A stretch of DNA of 64,000 bases from positions 64,001-128,000 of the forward strand of contig JBBRRY010000003.1 of the NCBI GenBank assembly GCA_038245905.1, given 5' to 3'. The translations under genes and the position numbers were made by a program. Positions 12,434 through 23,167 of the stretch are shown piece by piece. How positions within the stretch are numbered: the first letter of the stretch is position 1; each line of letters begins with the position of its first letter. Origin of the DNA: Thermoanaerobaculia bacterium (GTDB lineage: Bacteria > Acidobacteriota > Thermoanaerobaculia > UBA5066). The notes below the pieces were generated by a model, which saw nothing but the letters and a program-made list of their open reading frames with translations, made no database searches and was not told the DNA's origin.

Positions 12434-13627
12434 ATGCGCATCATCCTTTTCACGGGCAAGGGCGGGGTCGGCAAGACGACCGTCGCGGCCGCGACGGGAC
12501 TCGACCTGGCGGCGCGCGGCTTCAAGACGCTCGTCATGTCCGTGGACGCGGCCCACTCCCTCGCGGACGCATTCGACCGCGACGTCGCCCTCACCGACCA
12601 CGGGCACGGGACGCCCATCGCCGTCTCCGAGAACCTCTGGATCCAGGAGGTCGACGTCACCGAGGAGATCGGCCGCCACTGGAAGGACATCTCGGGGTAC
12701 ATCACGACGCTCCTCGCGGTCACGGGTGTCGAGGAAGTGCTCGCCGAGGAGCTCGCGATCTTCCCCGGGATGGAGGAAGTGTCGGCGCTTCTCTACGTTA
12801 ACCAGTACGCGCGCGAGAAGGCGTTCGACGTTCTCATCCTCGACTGCGCGCCCACGGGGGAGTCTCTCCGGTTCGTCTCCCTTCCGCCGACGCTCGACTG
12901 GTACATGAAGAAGCTCTTCCGGCTCGAGCGGTCGATCCTCAAGGTCGCGCGTCCCGTCGCGAAAAAGATGACCGACCTCCCGCTCCCGCCCGACCGCTAC
13001 TTCGACAACGTCCAGTCGCTCGCACAGAAGCTCGAAGGGGTGGACGCGCTCCTCAAGGACCCGAAGACGACGACCGTACGCCTCGTGACGAACGCGGAGA
13101 AGATCGTCATCAAGGAGACGCAGCGCGCCTTCATGTACTTCGGCCTGTACGGGTTCACGGTGGACGCCGTCATCGTGAACCGGCTCTTGCCGGAGGGGGT
13201 CCACGATCCGTTTTTCGACAAATGGCGGAAGACCCAGGCGCAGTTTCTCGAGGAGGCGCGCGGCTACTTCGATCCCGTGCCGATCTTCACCCTGCCCTTG
13301 AGGGACGACCAGGTGCTCGGCTCCGCGGCGCTCATCGCCCTCGGACGGGATCTCTGGGACACGAAGAACCCCGTTGAGTCCTTCCGCTCGGACCCGCCCT
13401 ACCGCTACACAAAGAAGAACGGGAGGTACGTTCTCACGCTCGACCTCCCGTTCGTCGACAAGAACGAAGTCGACCTCGCGATGGCCTCGGGAGATCTCGT
13501 CGTCCGGATCGGGAACGTGCGCCACCACATTCCCGTGCCGCGCATGCTCGCGGGCTTCTCGCCTGCCGGCGCGAAGGTCGAGAATGGACGGCTCACGGTA
13601 CGCTTCACAAGCCCGGAGGCACGCTGA
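12434..13627 (+). CDS. ArsA/Get3(TRC40)-family ATPase with C-terminal HSP20-like domain
   Basis: GKGGVGKTT, SVDAAHSLAD, PGMEE, DCAPTGE; C-terminal LDLPFVDKNEVDL..GDLVVRIGN..GAKVENGRLTVRF. Confidence 0.9.
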   Translation: MRIILFTGKGGVGKTTVAAATGLDLAARGFKTLVMSVDAAHSLADAFDRDVALTDHGHGTPIAVSENLWIQEVDVTEEIGRHWKDISGYITTLLAVTGVEEVLAEELAIFPGMEEVSALLYVNQYAREKAFDVLILDCAPTGESLRFVSLPPTLDWYMKKLFRLERSILKVARPVAKKMTDLPLPPDRYFDNVQSLAQKLEGVDALLKDPKTTTVRLVTNAEKIVIKETQRAFMYFGLYGFTVDAVIVNRLLPEGVHDPFFDKWRKTQAQFLEEARGYFDPVPIFTLPLRDDQVLGSAALIALGRDLWDTKNPVESFRSDPPYRYTKKNGRYVLTLDLPFVDKNEVDLAMASGDLVVRIGNVRHHIPVPRMLAGFSPAGAKVENGRLTVRFTSPEAR

Positions 13628-13947
13628 TGGCGAGAAAAACGAAAGAGAAGGATCCGCTCGAGAACGACTTCGGCCCCGGCGTGGCCTCGCGCGCGACCTC
13701 GGGTCCGATTCCAGGCCTCGCCTGCGCGGGCGATGGCTGCCTCTTCAAGCCCGCGGCCGACCTCGTGGCAAAATTCTCCTTGCGCCTCGCGCGGGGGCAC
13801 GGGAGCTCTCTCTCCCGCGCGGCGACCTCGGGCATCGAGTTCATGAAGGCCCTCCGCGATTTCCTCGACGAGGAGATCGCCCTCGCCGAGCGCGCCGCGG
13901 GGGCCGGCGGAAGGCCTCCCCGCTACGAGAAAATCAAGGTGGATTGA
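13627..13947 (+). CDS. hypothetical ArsA-associated small protein
   Basis: TGATG coupling to the ATPase; amphipathic helix EFMKALRDFLDEEI; ends YEKIKVD. Confidence 0.7.
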   Translation: MARKTKEKDPLENDFGPGVASRATSGPIPGLACAGDGCLFKPAADLVAKFSLRLARGHGSSLSRAATSGIEFMKALRDFLDEEIALAERAAGAGGRPPRYEKIKVD

Positions 13948-13997
13948 TGCGCCCGCTTACCCGCCGATCGCCGACGGCCGCACGCCCGCCCTGACGT

Positions 13998-14750
13998 TCA
14001 GTGTGCCGTCGGGGCGGAAATCGCCGTCGCAATCTCGGCGACGACGGCCCGCGCGGCGGCGGCCGGGTCGGGTGCGCCCGTGATCGGGCGGCCCACGACG
14101 AGGAGATCCGCGCCCGCACGGATCGCGTCGCCTGGTGTCGCCACGCGTTTCTGGTCGCCGCGGGGGGCACCCGCCGGGCGCACGCCGGGGACGACGAGGA
14201 AGAAGTCCCTCCCGCAGGCGGCGCGGATCGAGGCAATCTCGTCTGGCGAGCAAACGACTCCGTCGAGGCCCGCGCGGCGCGCGAGCACTGCGAGGCGAAG
14301 CGCGGCCTCGCGCGGAGACCCGGCGAATCCGACCGCGTGAACAGAGGCTGCGTCGAGAGACGTCAGAACCGTCACCGCGATGAGCTTCGGCGCGGGCAGG
14401 CCCGCCTTCGCGGCGGCGGCGCGGCCCTCTTCGGCGAACGCCTTCATCATTTCGGTCCCGCCCGCGGCGTGGCAGTTCACGATCGCGGCGCCGGTGCGGG
14501 CCGCTGCGGCGGCCGCGCGACCCACGGTGTTCGGGATGTCATGGAGCTTCAGGTCGAGGAACACGTCCGCGCCCGCGGCCACGACCTCGCGTACGAGGGC
14601 GGGACCCTCCGCGACGAACGCCTCGAGGCCGAGCTTGAGGACGCCGGCCTCCGGCGCGACGCGGCGGGCCATCGCGAGGAGCTGGGCGCGATCGGGCAGG
14701 TCCAGCGCGACCGCTAGCCTTCCGCGCGGCGTCTCGTCGATCCGGCTCAT
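13998..14750 (-). CDS. pyrF: orotidine-5'-phosphate decarboxylase
   Basis: [41 protein letters not shown]. Confidence 0.96.
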   Translation of the reverse strand: MSRIDETPRGRLAVALDLPDRAQLLAMARRVAPEAGVLKLGLEAFVAEGPALVREVVAAGADVFLDLKLHDIPNTVGRAAAAAARTGAAIVNCHAAGGTEMMKAFAEEGRAAAAKAGLPAPKLIAVTVLTSLDAASVHAVGFAGSPREAALRLAVLARRAGLDGVVCSPDEIASIRAACGRDFFLVVPGVRPAGAPRGDQKRVATPGDAIRAGADLLVVGRPITGAPDPAAAARAVVAEIATAISAPTAH

Positions 14751-15691
14751 GAGAAAAAATGGTCGGGCCGGGGCCGCGTTTTCAGGGTCCCGACGAGATC
14801 GGAGACACGCGAGACGCCGTGATTCGAGCACCACACCGAGAGCTCCTTCACGAGACGGCCCGCGAGGGAAGGATCGCGGAAGTTCGCGGTTCCGATCTGG
14901 ACCGCGTTCGCGCCGGCGATGAGGAACTCGACGACGTGCCCGACGGTCTCGATTCCTCCCATCCCGAAGATCGGCACCTTCGGCAGCGCCTTCCGGACTT
15001 CCCACACCATGCGGAGCGCGATGGGTCGGATCGCGGGTCCCGAGAGGCCGCCGGTCGTGAACCCGATCTTCGGCGTGCGCGTCTCGAGGTCGATCGCGAG
15101 GCCGACGAGCGTGTTGATCAGAGAGAGAGCATCCGCTCCGGCGTCCACGGCGGCCCGCGCGGACGCCACGATGTCCGTCACGTTTGGCGAGAGCTTGACG
15201 ATGAGCGGATGGCCCGTCGCCGCGCGGATTCTCTTCACGAGGCCGGCGAGCGCGTCGGGGTTGTTCCCGAATATCATTCCTCCCTTGACCACGTTCGGGC
15301 AGGAGACGTTCATCTCGATGGCGGCGATGCGGCGATCGGTCCCGATCCTTTCGACGACCGCCACGTAGTCGTCCTCGGTGTCTCCCCAGACGTTCGCGAT
15401 CACGGTCGCGCCGAGGCGCGCGAGTTCGGGAAGCTTGCCTTCGAGGAACGCATCCACCCCCACGTTTTGCAGCCCGATCGCGTTCAACATTCCGGCGTCC
15501 GTCTCGCAGATGCGCGGCGGCGGATTGCCGTGGCACGGGCGGCGCGAGAGCCCCTTGACCGAGATGGCACCGAGCTCCGCGAGGTCGAGGTATTCCGCGA
15601 ACTCGAGGCCGTAGCCGAACGTGCCCGAGGCCGTTCCGATCGGGTTCCGGAGGCGCAGCCGGCCGAAGGCCGTGGAAAGGTCGACGTTCAT
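14747..15691 (-). CDS. pyrD: dihydroorotate dehydrogenase class 1B, catalytic subunit
   Basis: [48 protein letters not shown]. Confidence 0.96.
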   Translation of the reverse strand: MNVDLSTAFGRLRLRNPIGTASGTFGYGLEFAEYLDLAELGAISVKGLSRRPCHGNPPPRICETDAGMLNAIGLQNVGVDAFLEGKLPELARLGATVIANVWGDTEDDYVAVVERIGTDRRIAAIEMNVSCPNVVKGGMIFGNNPDALAGLVKRIRAATGHPLIVKLSPNVTDIVASARAAVDAGADALSLINTLVGLAIDLETRTPKIGFTTGGLSGPAIRPIALRMVWEVRKALPKVPIFGMGGIETVGHVVEFLIAGANAVQIGTANFRDPSLAGRLVKELSVWCSNHGVSRVSDLVGTLKTRPRPDHFFS

Positions 15692-15704
15692 GACGTCACG
15701 AGCC

Positions 15705-16511
15705 TCAAAGCCGGGCCCAGTCGATGAGAGTGGGCGGGACGCACGGGCCCTCCTTGCAGATCGTCCCGAAGCGCCCGTCCGTCATCGGAACCACGCAGCC
15801 GAGGCAGACGCCGAAGCCGCAGGCCATCTCGGACTCCATCGCGAAGGAGCCTTCGAGCTCCGCATCCGCGAGGAGCCGGGCGAGCGCGCGGAACATCGGG
15901 AGGGGGCCGCAGGCATAGGCGCGGCGGTAGCGCGCGCCACCCGCGAGCGCGTGGGTGAAGAGGTCGGTGACGAGGCCACGCCGCCCGAGCGAGCCGTCGT
16001 CCGTCGCATAGCGGCACCGGTGGGAGCCGAGAAACCGCTCGAACTCGGCGCGCTTCAGGATGTCGTTCTCGTTGCGTCCGCCGTAGAAAAGATCGGCGGC
16101 GATCCCGTGCGCGGCGAGCGTCCGCGCGAGCAGCACGAGGGGGGCCAGGCCGATCCCGCCCGCCACCAGGGCGACGCGGTCCGTCGGGAGGAGGTCGCGG
16201 ATCGGAAACGGGACGCCGAGCGGGCCGAGGACCGGGAGCGGCGTCCCTTCGGCGAAGCGGGCGAGCGCCGCCGTCCCGACGCCGACGATCTTGACGACGA
16301 ACTCCAGCGCGGGAACGCCCGCCACCGTTGTGACGTCCGCGATGGAAAACGCGCGCCGGAGATAGGGGCGCAACCCCTCGCCGGCCTGAATCATCGCGAA
16401 ATGCCCGGCCTCCGTCAGTGGCCCAATCGATCCCGCCGACAGAAACAGCGAATAGTGCTGCTCGTCGTAGTGAGTCGTCCTGAGGACGCGGAGGGACTCG
16501 TTGACGGCCAT
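15705..16511 (-). CDS. pyrK: dihydroorotate dehydrogenase electron transfer subunit
   Basis: LRRAFSI, GPLG, AGGIGLAP, ACGP, MACGFGVCLGC...C [2Fe-2S] motif. Confidence 0.93.
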   Translation of the reverse strand: MAVNESLRVLRTTHYDEQHYSLFLSAGSIGPLTEAGHFAMIQAGEGLRPYLRRAFSIADVTTVAGVPALEFVVKIVGVGTAALARFAEGTPLPVLGPLGVPFPIRDLLPTDRVALVAGGIGLAPLVLLARTLAAHGIAADLFYGGRNENDILKRAEFERFLGSHRCRYATDDGSLGRRGLVTDLFTHALAGGARYRRAYACGPLPMFRALARLLADAELEGSFAMESEMACGFGVCLGCVVPMTDGRFGTICKEGPCVPPTLIDWARL

Positions 16512-16544
16512 CGGGAAGAAGGCGAGACTCGCCGGGCGCGGATT

Positions 16545-18212
16545 ATGAGCGAGGGCCGACCGGCGTACCACCTTCCTCTCGGAGGAGCGCTCTTCGGCCT
16601 CGCGGCGGGCGACCTCCTGCTGGGCCTGAATTCGGAACTGCTGCGCTTCCTTCCTGCCGCGCGCCTTCTGCTGGTCGCGGCCGCATCGGGAGCGCTCCTC
16701 GCCGCGCCGCTGGCACTCTGGACACGCTGGACACGCGCGCGACGCCCTTCGCGTGCCGGCACGGCCTGGAGCGCCTCACTGTTCGCGGCGTTTGGCGTGT
16801 TCGTCGAGTTCCAGCGGCAGGCTCTCCACGACTTCGTTCCCGCAGGGGCCCGACGCGTCCTGGTCGCGACGGCGCTCGCGGCATTTCTCTCGGCGGCCGT
16901 TCTCGCGGCCCGCGCCCTTCGCAGCGGGCCCAACGCCGGAACGCTCCCTATTCTGATCGCCCTCTTCCTGCTCGCGCCCGCCCTCGGCAGGCGCGAGCCA
17001 GAGCGCCCTTCGCTCGGGGTCACGAACGTGCCGCGCCGCGCACCGCGGCGGAATCTCCTCGTCGTCGGCCTAGAGGGGGCTTCGTGGGACCTTCTCACCG
17101 CCTATGCCTCGGAGGGGGTGATGCCGGTCGTCGCGCGGCTCCTGCGCGAGGGGGCGGCCGGACCGCTCGCTCCGCTCTCTCCCTACGACAGAGCCGCTCT
17201 CTGGACCACGGCCGCGACGGGCAAACGTCCGCTCAAGCACGGCGTCGTGTCGTCGCGCTGCTACGAGACGCCCGGTGGAACGCTTCGTCTCCTCCCCGTC
17301 CTGCCCGGCGGGGCCGTTCCGGGCGGCGCGCGCCCGGCGGCGGACGCGGCGGCGGCGCGCCGCAGCCTGACGTTCTGGGAAATCCTCGCCTCTCGCGGCC
17401 ACGAAGCGGCCGTCCTCGGCTGGCCCGCGTCGTCGCCGGCGCGGGAGGGACTCGTCCTCTGGGCGAGCGACGCCTTCTTCGACGGAGGCTCGGGCGAGAA
17501 CACGGCGCTCCCCGCCGGGGCCGCGGCGCGGGCGCGTCTCTTCCGCGTTTCCGCAGACGGTCTCGACCGTCCGCTCGCGCGCTCGCTCGTTCCGGACGGG
17601 CTCGCCACGGGCGAGGCCCGGCGCTCTCCTCTTCGGGGAGCCGCGCGTGATCTCACGGTCATCGGGGCGGCACTCGCGGCGCTGCCGGGCGGGCCGCGAA
17701 ACGTCTCGGCCGTCGTTCTCGCGGGCCTCGTGGAGGTGAGCGGCCTCTTCGGAGCCGCGGGCGATGCGCGGTACTGGGGGCTCTCCGTTCCGGAGGCGGA
17801 GGCGCGGGCCGCCGCGCTCAGGGCCTATTACAGATTTCTCGACGACCTGCTCGGGGAGACTCTGGAACGCGAAGGCCAGGATCGCACGATCTGCTTTTTC
17901 GCTCCCGTCTCATGGGGCCCCCCGCCGACGCTCGAAGCCGTCTCGCGGTTCCTCCGCGGAAAGACGCCCGCGGCGAGCCCCGATGCCGCGCGGGACGGCT
18001 TCGTGCTCTTCGCAGGAGCCGGCGTGAGGTCGGGCGTGCGCCTCACGTCCGCGAACGTCCTCGATCTTGCGCCGACGCTGCTCGTCCTCGCGGGCGAGCC
18101 CATCGCGCGGGACATGGACGGACGCGTCCTCGCCGAGGTGTTCGACGAGAGGTTCACCGAGTCCGCGAGCGTTCCGATCGTGTCGACGTTCGAGGCGGCG
18201 GGACCGCAATGA
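16545..18212 (+). CDS. membrane-anchored alkaline phosphatase/NPP-superfamily protein (apparently degenerate active site)
   Basis: N-terminal TM bundle; VVGLEGASW, WTTAATGKRP.KHG, DLAPTLL..G..I..DMDGRVL. Confidence 0.75.
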   Translation: MSEGRPAYHLPLGGALFGLAAGDLLLGLNSELLRFLPAARLLLVAAASGALLAAPLALWTRWTRARRPSRAGTAWSASLFAAFGVFVEFQRQALHDFVPAGARRVLVATALAAFLSAAVLAARALRSGPNAGTLPILIALFLLAPALGRREPERPSLGVTNVPRRAPRRNLLVVGLEGASWDLLTAYASEGVMPVVARLLREGAAGPLAPLSPYDRAALWTTAATGKRPLKHGVVSSRCYETPGGTLRLLPVLPGGAVPGGARPAADAAAARRSLTFWEILASRGHEAAVLGWPASSPAREGLVLWASDAFFDGGSGENTALPAGAAARARLFRVSADGLDRPLARSLVPDGLATGEARRSPLRGAARDLTVIGAALAALPGGPRNVSAVVLAGLVEVSGLFGAAGDARYWGLSVPEAEARAAALRAYYRFLDDLLGETLEREGQDRTICFFAPVSWGPPPTLEAVSRFLRGKTPAASPDAARDGFVLFAGAGVRSGVRLTSANVLDLAPTLLVLAGEPIARDMDGRVLAEVFDERFTESASVPIVSTFEAAGPQ

Positions 18213-20065
18213 ACGGAGCGGGGAAAGGAACGCGCGCGGCTCTCGTCCTCGCTCTTGGTGCGCTCGGCGTCTTTCTGCGTGTGGTCAAGGCCGGAGACTG
18301 GCCGGCGGGACCATGGCTCGACGAGCTCTACTTCCTCCGTGCCGCGCGGCTTTCGGCCGTCGAAGGCTTCTGGTCCCTCTTTGGCACGACGCCGATGCAC
18401 CCACCGGATTTTCTTTTCTCGAACGGGTGGCGTTACTATCCGAGCGGCCTCTTTCTCTGGCCGCTCGCGGCCGCCGACCGGCTCGCGGGCGGGGGCATGT
18501 CCTCGGTTCGGCTCATTGCTCTCGGCTCCGGCGTCCTCCTGTTTCTCGCGTCGCTCGCGCTCGCGACTGAAGCCACGCGCGAACGACCGCGCGCGCTTCT
18601 GCCGGCGGCCGTCCTCCTCGCGACGTCACTCTGGCTTCTGACGCAGGCGAGGTGGGCGTGCGACGTGGTCTTGACGTCGGCGGTCGTGACCGCCGGCGCC
18701 GCGGCAGGCCTTAGGGCCTGGAGGCGCTCTTCTCCCGCGTGGGCGATCGCGTCCGGAGCCCTGTTCGGACTTGGCGCCGCGGGATACGCCTCGGGACGCC
18801 TCGCTCTCGCGCTGCCGGCGGCCGTCCTCGCAGCTGCCTGGGCCTCAGGACATCGCGCCCTGCGCCGCATGGCGCTCATCGCGCTTCTCGCGGAGGTTGT
18901 CGTCATCGCCCCGCTCGCGCTCACATACGTGCGGCATCCGGAACGCCTGACGGCGCACGTTCGTGATCTCTCGATTCTCGCCCGGCCTGCACCCGATGCG
19001 GGGCGGGCCTTTTTCGCGAACGTCCGCGACTACGCGGCGCTGTTTTTCGTGCATGGGGATGCGATCGCCCGGCACGGCGACCCGGACCGTCCCGTCGTCC
19101 TCGCAGGCGTGGGTGCCCTCCTCGTGGCAGGCGCTGCGGTCGGCATCGTGCGCGCCGGCGTCGAACGCCTTTTCCTCCTCCCCATCGCGGTCTTCCTCGC
19201 GGGTGGACTCCTCGCGCGCGATACGGAAAGCGCGAACGCGAGCCGAATCTCGCTTGCGGCCCCTTTCGTTCTCACGCTCGCGGCGCTCGGGGGCGCCGCT
19301 CTCGTGGAGTCGCTTCCAGCGCGCGACCGGCGTGCCGGGGGAGCGTCCCTTCTCGGTCTCGTGCTCGTGACGGCCCTTCTAGACGTATCGGGCTTCGTTC
19401 GCTGGATTGCCGCGCCACATGTGGGGAACAGCTTCGGCGTCGCGGAGCGCCGCCTCAGCGAGGCGATCGAGACGGAGCGGCGCCGCTCTCCGTCCGAGAT
19501 CCTCGTGCACCCGGTTCGCGCCGCCCGAAACGTGTACGTCGTCGACGTTCTTCTGGGCCGGCCGGACGATGGCGGACGCCATGCCGTGAGCATCGGGACG
19601 GCGGGCGTCGAGACGGCCTGGACGCGCGTTCCCGAGGGCGACGTGCTCTTTGCGGCGGACGGATCTCCCGAGGTCCGAAGGACGGTGGCGAGCCTGGACG
19701 GCACCCTCGTCGCGCATGCGGATCCGGAGGATGGCGGGTTGCCGTGGGCGCTCTACCGGATTCCGCATGAGGCGGCCGCGTCTGCTGCTCTGCGCGCCCT
19801 CGGCGGGCTCGCCCGAGTGTCCGCGCCGGGCGGAAATTTCTTCGCGTCCGAAGATGGTGTTTACGTCTTTACGACGCAAGGCGCCATGAGGGTCGCGCTT
19901 GATGACCACGTGCTTTTCGACGGGAACGCCGGCGGTCACGTCGCGCTGCGCCTCGCGAAGGGCCGGCATCTACTCGAAGCAGAACGGCGCCGACCCTCGG
20001 CCGGCCTCCTCGTCGTGGCGCCGGACGGTTTCGCCCTCCCGATGGGAGACCTGGATCCGCCTTAG
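18209..20065 (+). CDS. GT-C (ArnT/PMT-like) membrane glycosyltransferase with short C-terminal PA14-like region
   Basis: PWLDE motif after first TM, many TMs; C-terminal VALDDHVL..LAKGRHLL; ATGA overlap with the upstream gene. Confidence 0.65.
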   Translation: MNGAGKGTRAALVLALGALGVFLRVVKAGDWPAGPWLDELYFLRAARLSAVEGFWSLFGTTPMHPPDFLFSNGWRYYPSGLFLWPLAAADRLAGGGMSSVRLIALGSGVLLFLASLALATEATRERPRALLPAAVLLATSLWLLTQARWACDVVLTSAVVTAGAAAGLRAWRRSSPAWAIASGALFGLGAAGYASGRLALALPAAVLAAAWASGHRALRRMALIALLAEVVVIAPLALTYVRHPERLTAHVRDLSILARPAPDAGRAFFANVRDYAALFFVHGDAIARHGDPDRPVVLAGVGALLVAGAAVGIVRAGVERLFLLPIAVFLAGGLLARDTESANASRISLAAPFVLTLAALGGAALVESLPARDRRAGGASLLGLVLVTALLDVSGFVRWIAAPHVGNSFGVAERRLSEAIETERRRSPSEILVHPVRAARNVYVVDVLLGRPDDGGRHAVSIGTAGVETAWTRVPEGDVLFAADGSPEVRRTVASLDGTLVAHADPEDGGLPWALYRIPHEAAASAALRALGGLARVSAPGGNFFASEDGVYVFTTQGAMRVALDDHVLFDGNAGGHVALRLAKGRHLLEAERRRPSAGLLVVAPDGFALPMGDLDPP

Positions 20066-20075
20066 CGCTCTGCCA

Positions 20076-21005
20076 TCAGGGCGCCAGGGCACGCGCGAGC
20101 GCCGCGTGGAACGCAGCGGGTGTCTCGAGTGGACCGTCGTGGCCGGCGCCCGCGAGGACGACGAGGCTCGCCCCGCGCATCTTCGAGGCGGCCTGGCGAG
20201 CGCCGGCGAGAGGGAAGAGTGTGTCCCTCTCGCCCCAGATGAGCGTCGTCTGTGCCGGCAGGTCGGGGAGGCGCGGGAGGAGGCCGTCGGCTTCGGCGAG
20301 GCGCGCGACCGTGAGGGCCGCCGTGCCCGAACCATAGTTCCTACCGAATGCGTCGAGGATGAATCCGAGGGAAGGCGCTGGCTTTCGGAAGAAAAGAAGG
20401 CCGAAGATCCGCCGGGCGCCCGCGCGGTCCCGCGGAAGAACGCGCGCGCGTTCGACCTCCGCGTCCTCGGGAAGCGTCAAGCCCGCCGCGTCCACGAGGA
20501 CGAGGCGGCCGACCATCCAGGGAAACTCCAGCGCGTACCAGCCGGCCGTCCAGCCGCCTAAGGAGTGGCCGACGAAGTCGAACTTCTCGAGCGCGAGAGC
20601 GCGTGCAAGCGCGTCCATTGCGGCCACGCGGCCCCGAAGTCCGAAGCCGGCGGGTACGCGCGGCGGCGCGCTGTGGCCGGAGCCCGGCGCGTCGGGAAGG
20701 ATCACGGTGCGGCCGTGCCGGGCGAGGAAGCGCGCCGCATCCGTCCAGTAGGTTGCGTCGGCTCCGAGGCCGTGCAGGAGGACGACGGGCCGTTCCGCCG
20801 AGAGCGGTCCGAGGACGAAGGTCGAAAGCGATGTTCCGTCGTCTGCGGCGAAGACCTCTCTCCGCGCGCCCGAGAGGAAGAGGCGTTTCTCCTGAATCGC
20901 GCGGTAGACGGGGAGCGGATCGACGGCAAGCGCACCGAGAAAGAACGAGCCGACGAAGGTGAGCGCGGCGAGAGCCCATGGCAGGAGCGGAACCTGCCTC
21001 CGCAT
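20076..21005 (-). CDS. alpha/beta-fold hydrolase
   Basis: VLLHGLG, GHSLGG nucleophile elbow, WGERD, GH; N-terminal TM. Confidence 0.85.
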   Translation of the reverse strand: MRRQVPLLPWALAALTFVGSFFLGALAVDPLPVYRAIQEKRLFLSGARREVFAADDGTSLSTFVLGPLSAERPVVLLHGLGADATYWTDAARFLARHGRTVILPDAPGSGHSAPPRVPAGFGLRGRVAAMDALARALALEKFDFVGHSLGGWTAGWYALEFPWMVGRLVLVDAAGLTLPEDAEVERARVLPRDRAGARRIFGLLFFRKPAPSLGFILDAFGRNYGSGTAALTVARLAEADGLLPRLPDLPAQTTLIWGERDTLFPLAGARQAASKMRGASLVVLAGAGHDGPLETPAAFHAALARALAP

Positions 21006-21012
21006 CGGCCTC

Positions 21013-23157
21013 TCAGTACGCGACGAGCGACCGCAGCGCCGCGAGGATGTCCTCGCTCTGCGGAAGCGTGGCGCTCTCCAGCTGCGGAGCGTAACCGCAG
21101 AACACGTCCTTCGCCGCCACGCGCCTCACGGGCGCGTCGAGCCATGGGAAGAGCTCGTCCGCGGCGCGCGCGGCGATCTCGGCCCCGAAGCCGTGCGTCT
21201 GCCAGTCTTCGTGCACGACGAGGAGGCGGTTCGTCCGCTTCACGCTCTCGGCGATCGCCTCGAAATCATAGGGCGCGAGTGAGCGCAGGTCGATGATCTC
21301 GGCGTCCCGGCCGTCTTCCTCCGCCAGGCGGGCCGCCGCGACCACGCTCCGGAACACCGTGGCTCCATAGGTCACGATCGTGGCGTCGGTCCCGGGCCGC
21401 ACGGTCTTCGCCTTGCCGAAGGGGACCATGAAATCCGGGCCCGGGTAGCGGCCCTTGTTATGCGTCTGCCGGTACAGGTGCTTGTGCTCGAGGAAGAGCA
21501 CGGGGTCGTCGCAGCGGATCGCCGTGCGGAGGAGGCCGTTCGCGTCGAGAGCGTTGGACGGCATGACGACGCGAAGCCCCGGGATGTGCGCGAAGGTCAC
21601 CTCGCCCGACTGCGAGTGGTAGGGGCCGCCGCCGGTCAGATAGCCGCCGATGGCGACCCGGATGACGACCGGCGCGCGGAAAGACCCGCCCGAGCGCCAG
21701 CGTGTCGTCGCGAGCTCATCGCGAATCTGAAGCATAGCGGGCCAGATGTAGTCGAAGAACTGGATCTCGACGACGGGCTTGAGTCCGCGCGCGGCCCACC
21801 CGATCGCGCGCCCGACGATGCCCGCCTCCGCGAGGGGCGAATTGAAGACGCGCGCGGGCCCGAACGCCTTCTGGAGGCCGGCCGTAACCTTGAAGACGCC
21901 GCCCTTCCCCTTGCACTCTTCGAGCACGTCGGCGCGGCTCGCGTCCGCAACGTCCTCGCCCCAGATCGCGATGCGTTGGTCGCGCGCCATTTCGTCGCGA
22001 AGCGCGGCATTGATGAGATCGACCATCGTCGTCGGTTCGCCCGCGAACGCCGGCGAGTCCTCCGTGTCGAAAGCGGCAGACGCCGGGTCGACATCTTGGG
22101 ACACGATGTTGAGGGAGACGGCTTCGGGGCCAGGCTGCGGGTGGGCGAGGGCCTCGTCCGCGGCGGCGTTCACGACGGTATGGACCTCCTCGCCGAGCGC
22201 GATGAGCTCGTCGGCGGTCGCGAGACTCTCCTTCACGAGAAAGGCTGCGAAGACCTCGAGCGGGTCGCGGGCCAGGTCCTTCTTTCGTTCCGCCTCGGAG
22301 CGGTAGAGCCTCTCGTCGTCCGAGAGGGAATGCGAATACGTGCGGACGACGTGCGCGTGGACGAGGGACGGCCCCTTCCTCTCTCGCGCGTACGCAAACG
22401 CGTACCGAATCGCGTCGAACGAAGCGAGGAAGTCGCAGCCGTCCGTCTCGGCGACGAAGAGAGCGGGATAGGAGCGCACGAGCTTCGAGATGGAGCCGCC
22501 GGGGGTGTTCACTTCGACGGGCACCGAGATCGCATAGCCGTTGTCTTCGACGACGAAGACGACCGGGAGCTTCGAGACGCACGCCGAGTTCAGCGCTTCC
22601 CAGAATTCTCCTTCCGCCGTCGCTCCCTCGCCGATCGTCACGACGACAATCTCGTCCGCCGCCGCGCTTTGGACGGCGCCGAGGAGGCCGGCCGCGCCGG
22701 ACGCACCCTCGCGCTGGAGATACCGGCCGGCTTCGGCCGCGCCGACGCCCGGCAGGCACTCGGTGGCGGTCGGCGAGGAGGTCGTGAAGATGCGGAGCCC
22801 GGCGGAGCCCCAGTGCGAGGGCATCTGTCGCCCGGCGGACGCCGGGTCGACGGCGGCTCCGACGGCCTGCAGGAACATGTCTTTAGGGCTCACGCCGAGG
22901 CCGAGGCAGAGCGCGCGGTCGCGGTAGTACGGGAAGAGCCAGTCCGAGCCCTTCCGCATCTGGAAGGCAATCGCCGTCTGGACGGCCTCGTGCCCGGCTC
23001 CCGAGATCTGGAAGAAGATGCGGTTCTGGCGCTTGAGCTGGATCTCCTTGTCGTCGATCCGGCGGGACGTGACCATGTTCCGGTACGCCCGGAGCAGGTC
23101 CTCGCGCGACAGGCCTTCGTACTGGTCCGCCTGGGGCGGCGCGATTTCCGTCGCCAT
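21013..23157 (-). CDS. 2-oxoacid (probably branched-chain) dehydrogenase E1, fused alpha/beta
   Basis: [51 protein letters not shown]. Confidence 0.9.
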   Translation of the reverse strand: MATEIAPPQADQYEGLSREDLLRAYRNMVTSRRIDDKEIQLKRQNRIFFQISGAGHEAVQTAIAFQMRKGSDWLFPYYRDRALCLGLGVSPKDMFLQAVGAAVDPASAGRQMPSHWGSAGLRIFTTSSPTATECLPGVGAAEAGRYLQREGASGAAGLLGAVQSAAADEIVVVTIGEGATAEGEFWEALNSACVSKLPVVFVVEDNGYAISVPVEVNTPGGSISKLVRSYPALFVAETDGCDFLASFDAIRYAFAYARERKGPSLVHAHVVRTYSHSLSDDERLYRSEAERKKDLARDPLEVFAAFLVKESLATADELIALGEEVHTVVNAAADEALAHPQPGPEAVSLNIVSQDVDPASAAFDTEDSPAFAGEPTTMVDLINAALRDEMARDQRIAIWGEDVADASRADVLEECKGKGGVFKVTAGLQKAFGPARVFNSPLAEAGIVGRAIGWAARGLKPVVEIQFFDYIWPAMLQIRDELATTRWRSGGSFRAPVVIRVAIGGYLTGGGPYHSQSGEVTFAHIPGLRVVMPSNALDANGLLRTAIRCDDPVLFLEHKHLYRQTHNKGRYPGPDFMVPFGKAKTVRPGTDATIVTYGATVFRSVVAAARLAEEDGRDAEIIDLRSLAPYDFEAIAESVKRTNRLLVVHEDWQTHGFGAEIAARAADELFPWLDAPVRRVAAKDVFCGYAPQLESATLPQSEDILAALRSLVAY

Positions 23158-23167
23158 CGCGCGGAGA

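Noticed and set aside
12434-13627. Arsenic resistance operon (ArsA plus ArsC-like gene)
   Set aside because: No arsR/arsB/acr3/arsD; the ATPase is the single-domain HSP20-tailed type and the ArsC-like gene is about 17 kb away
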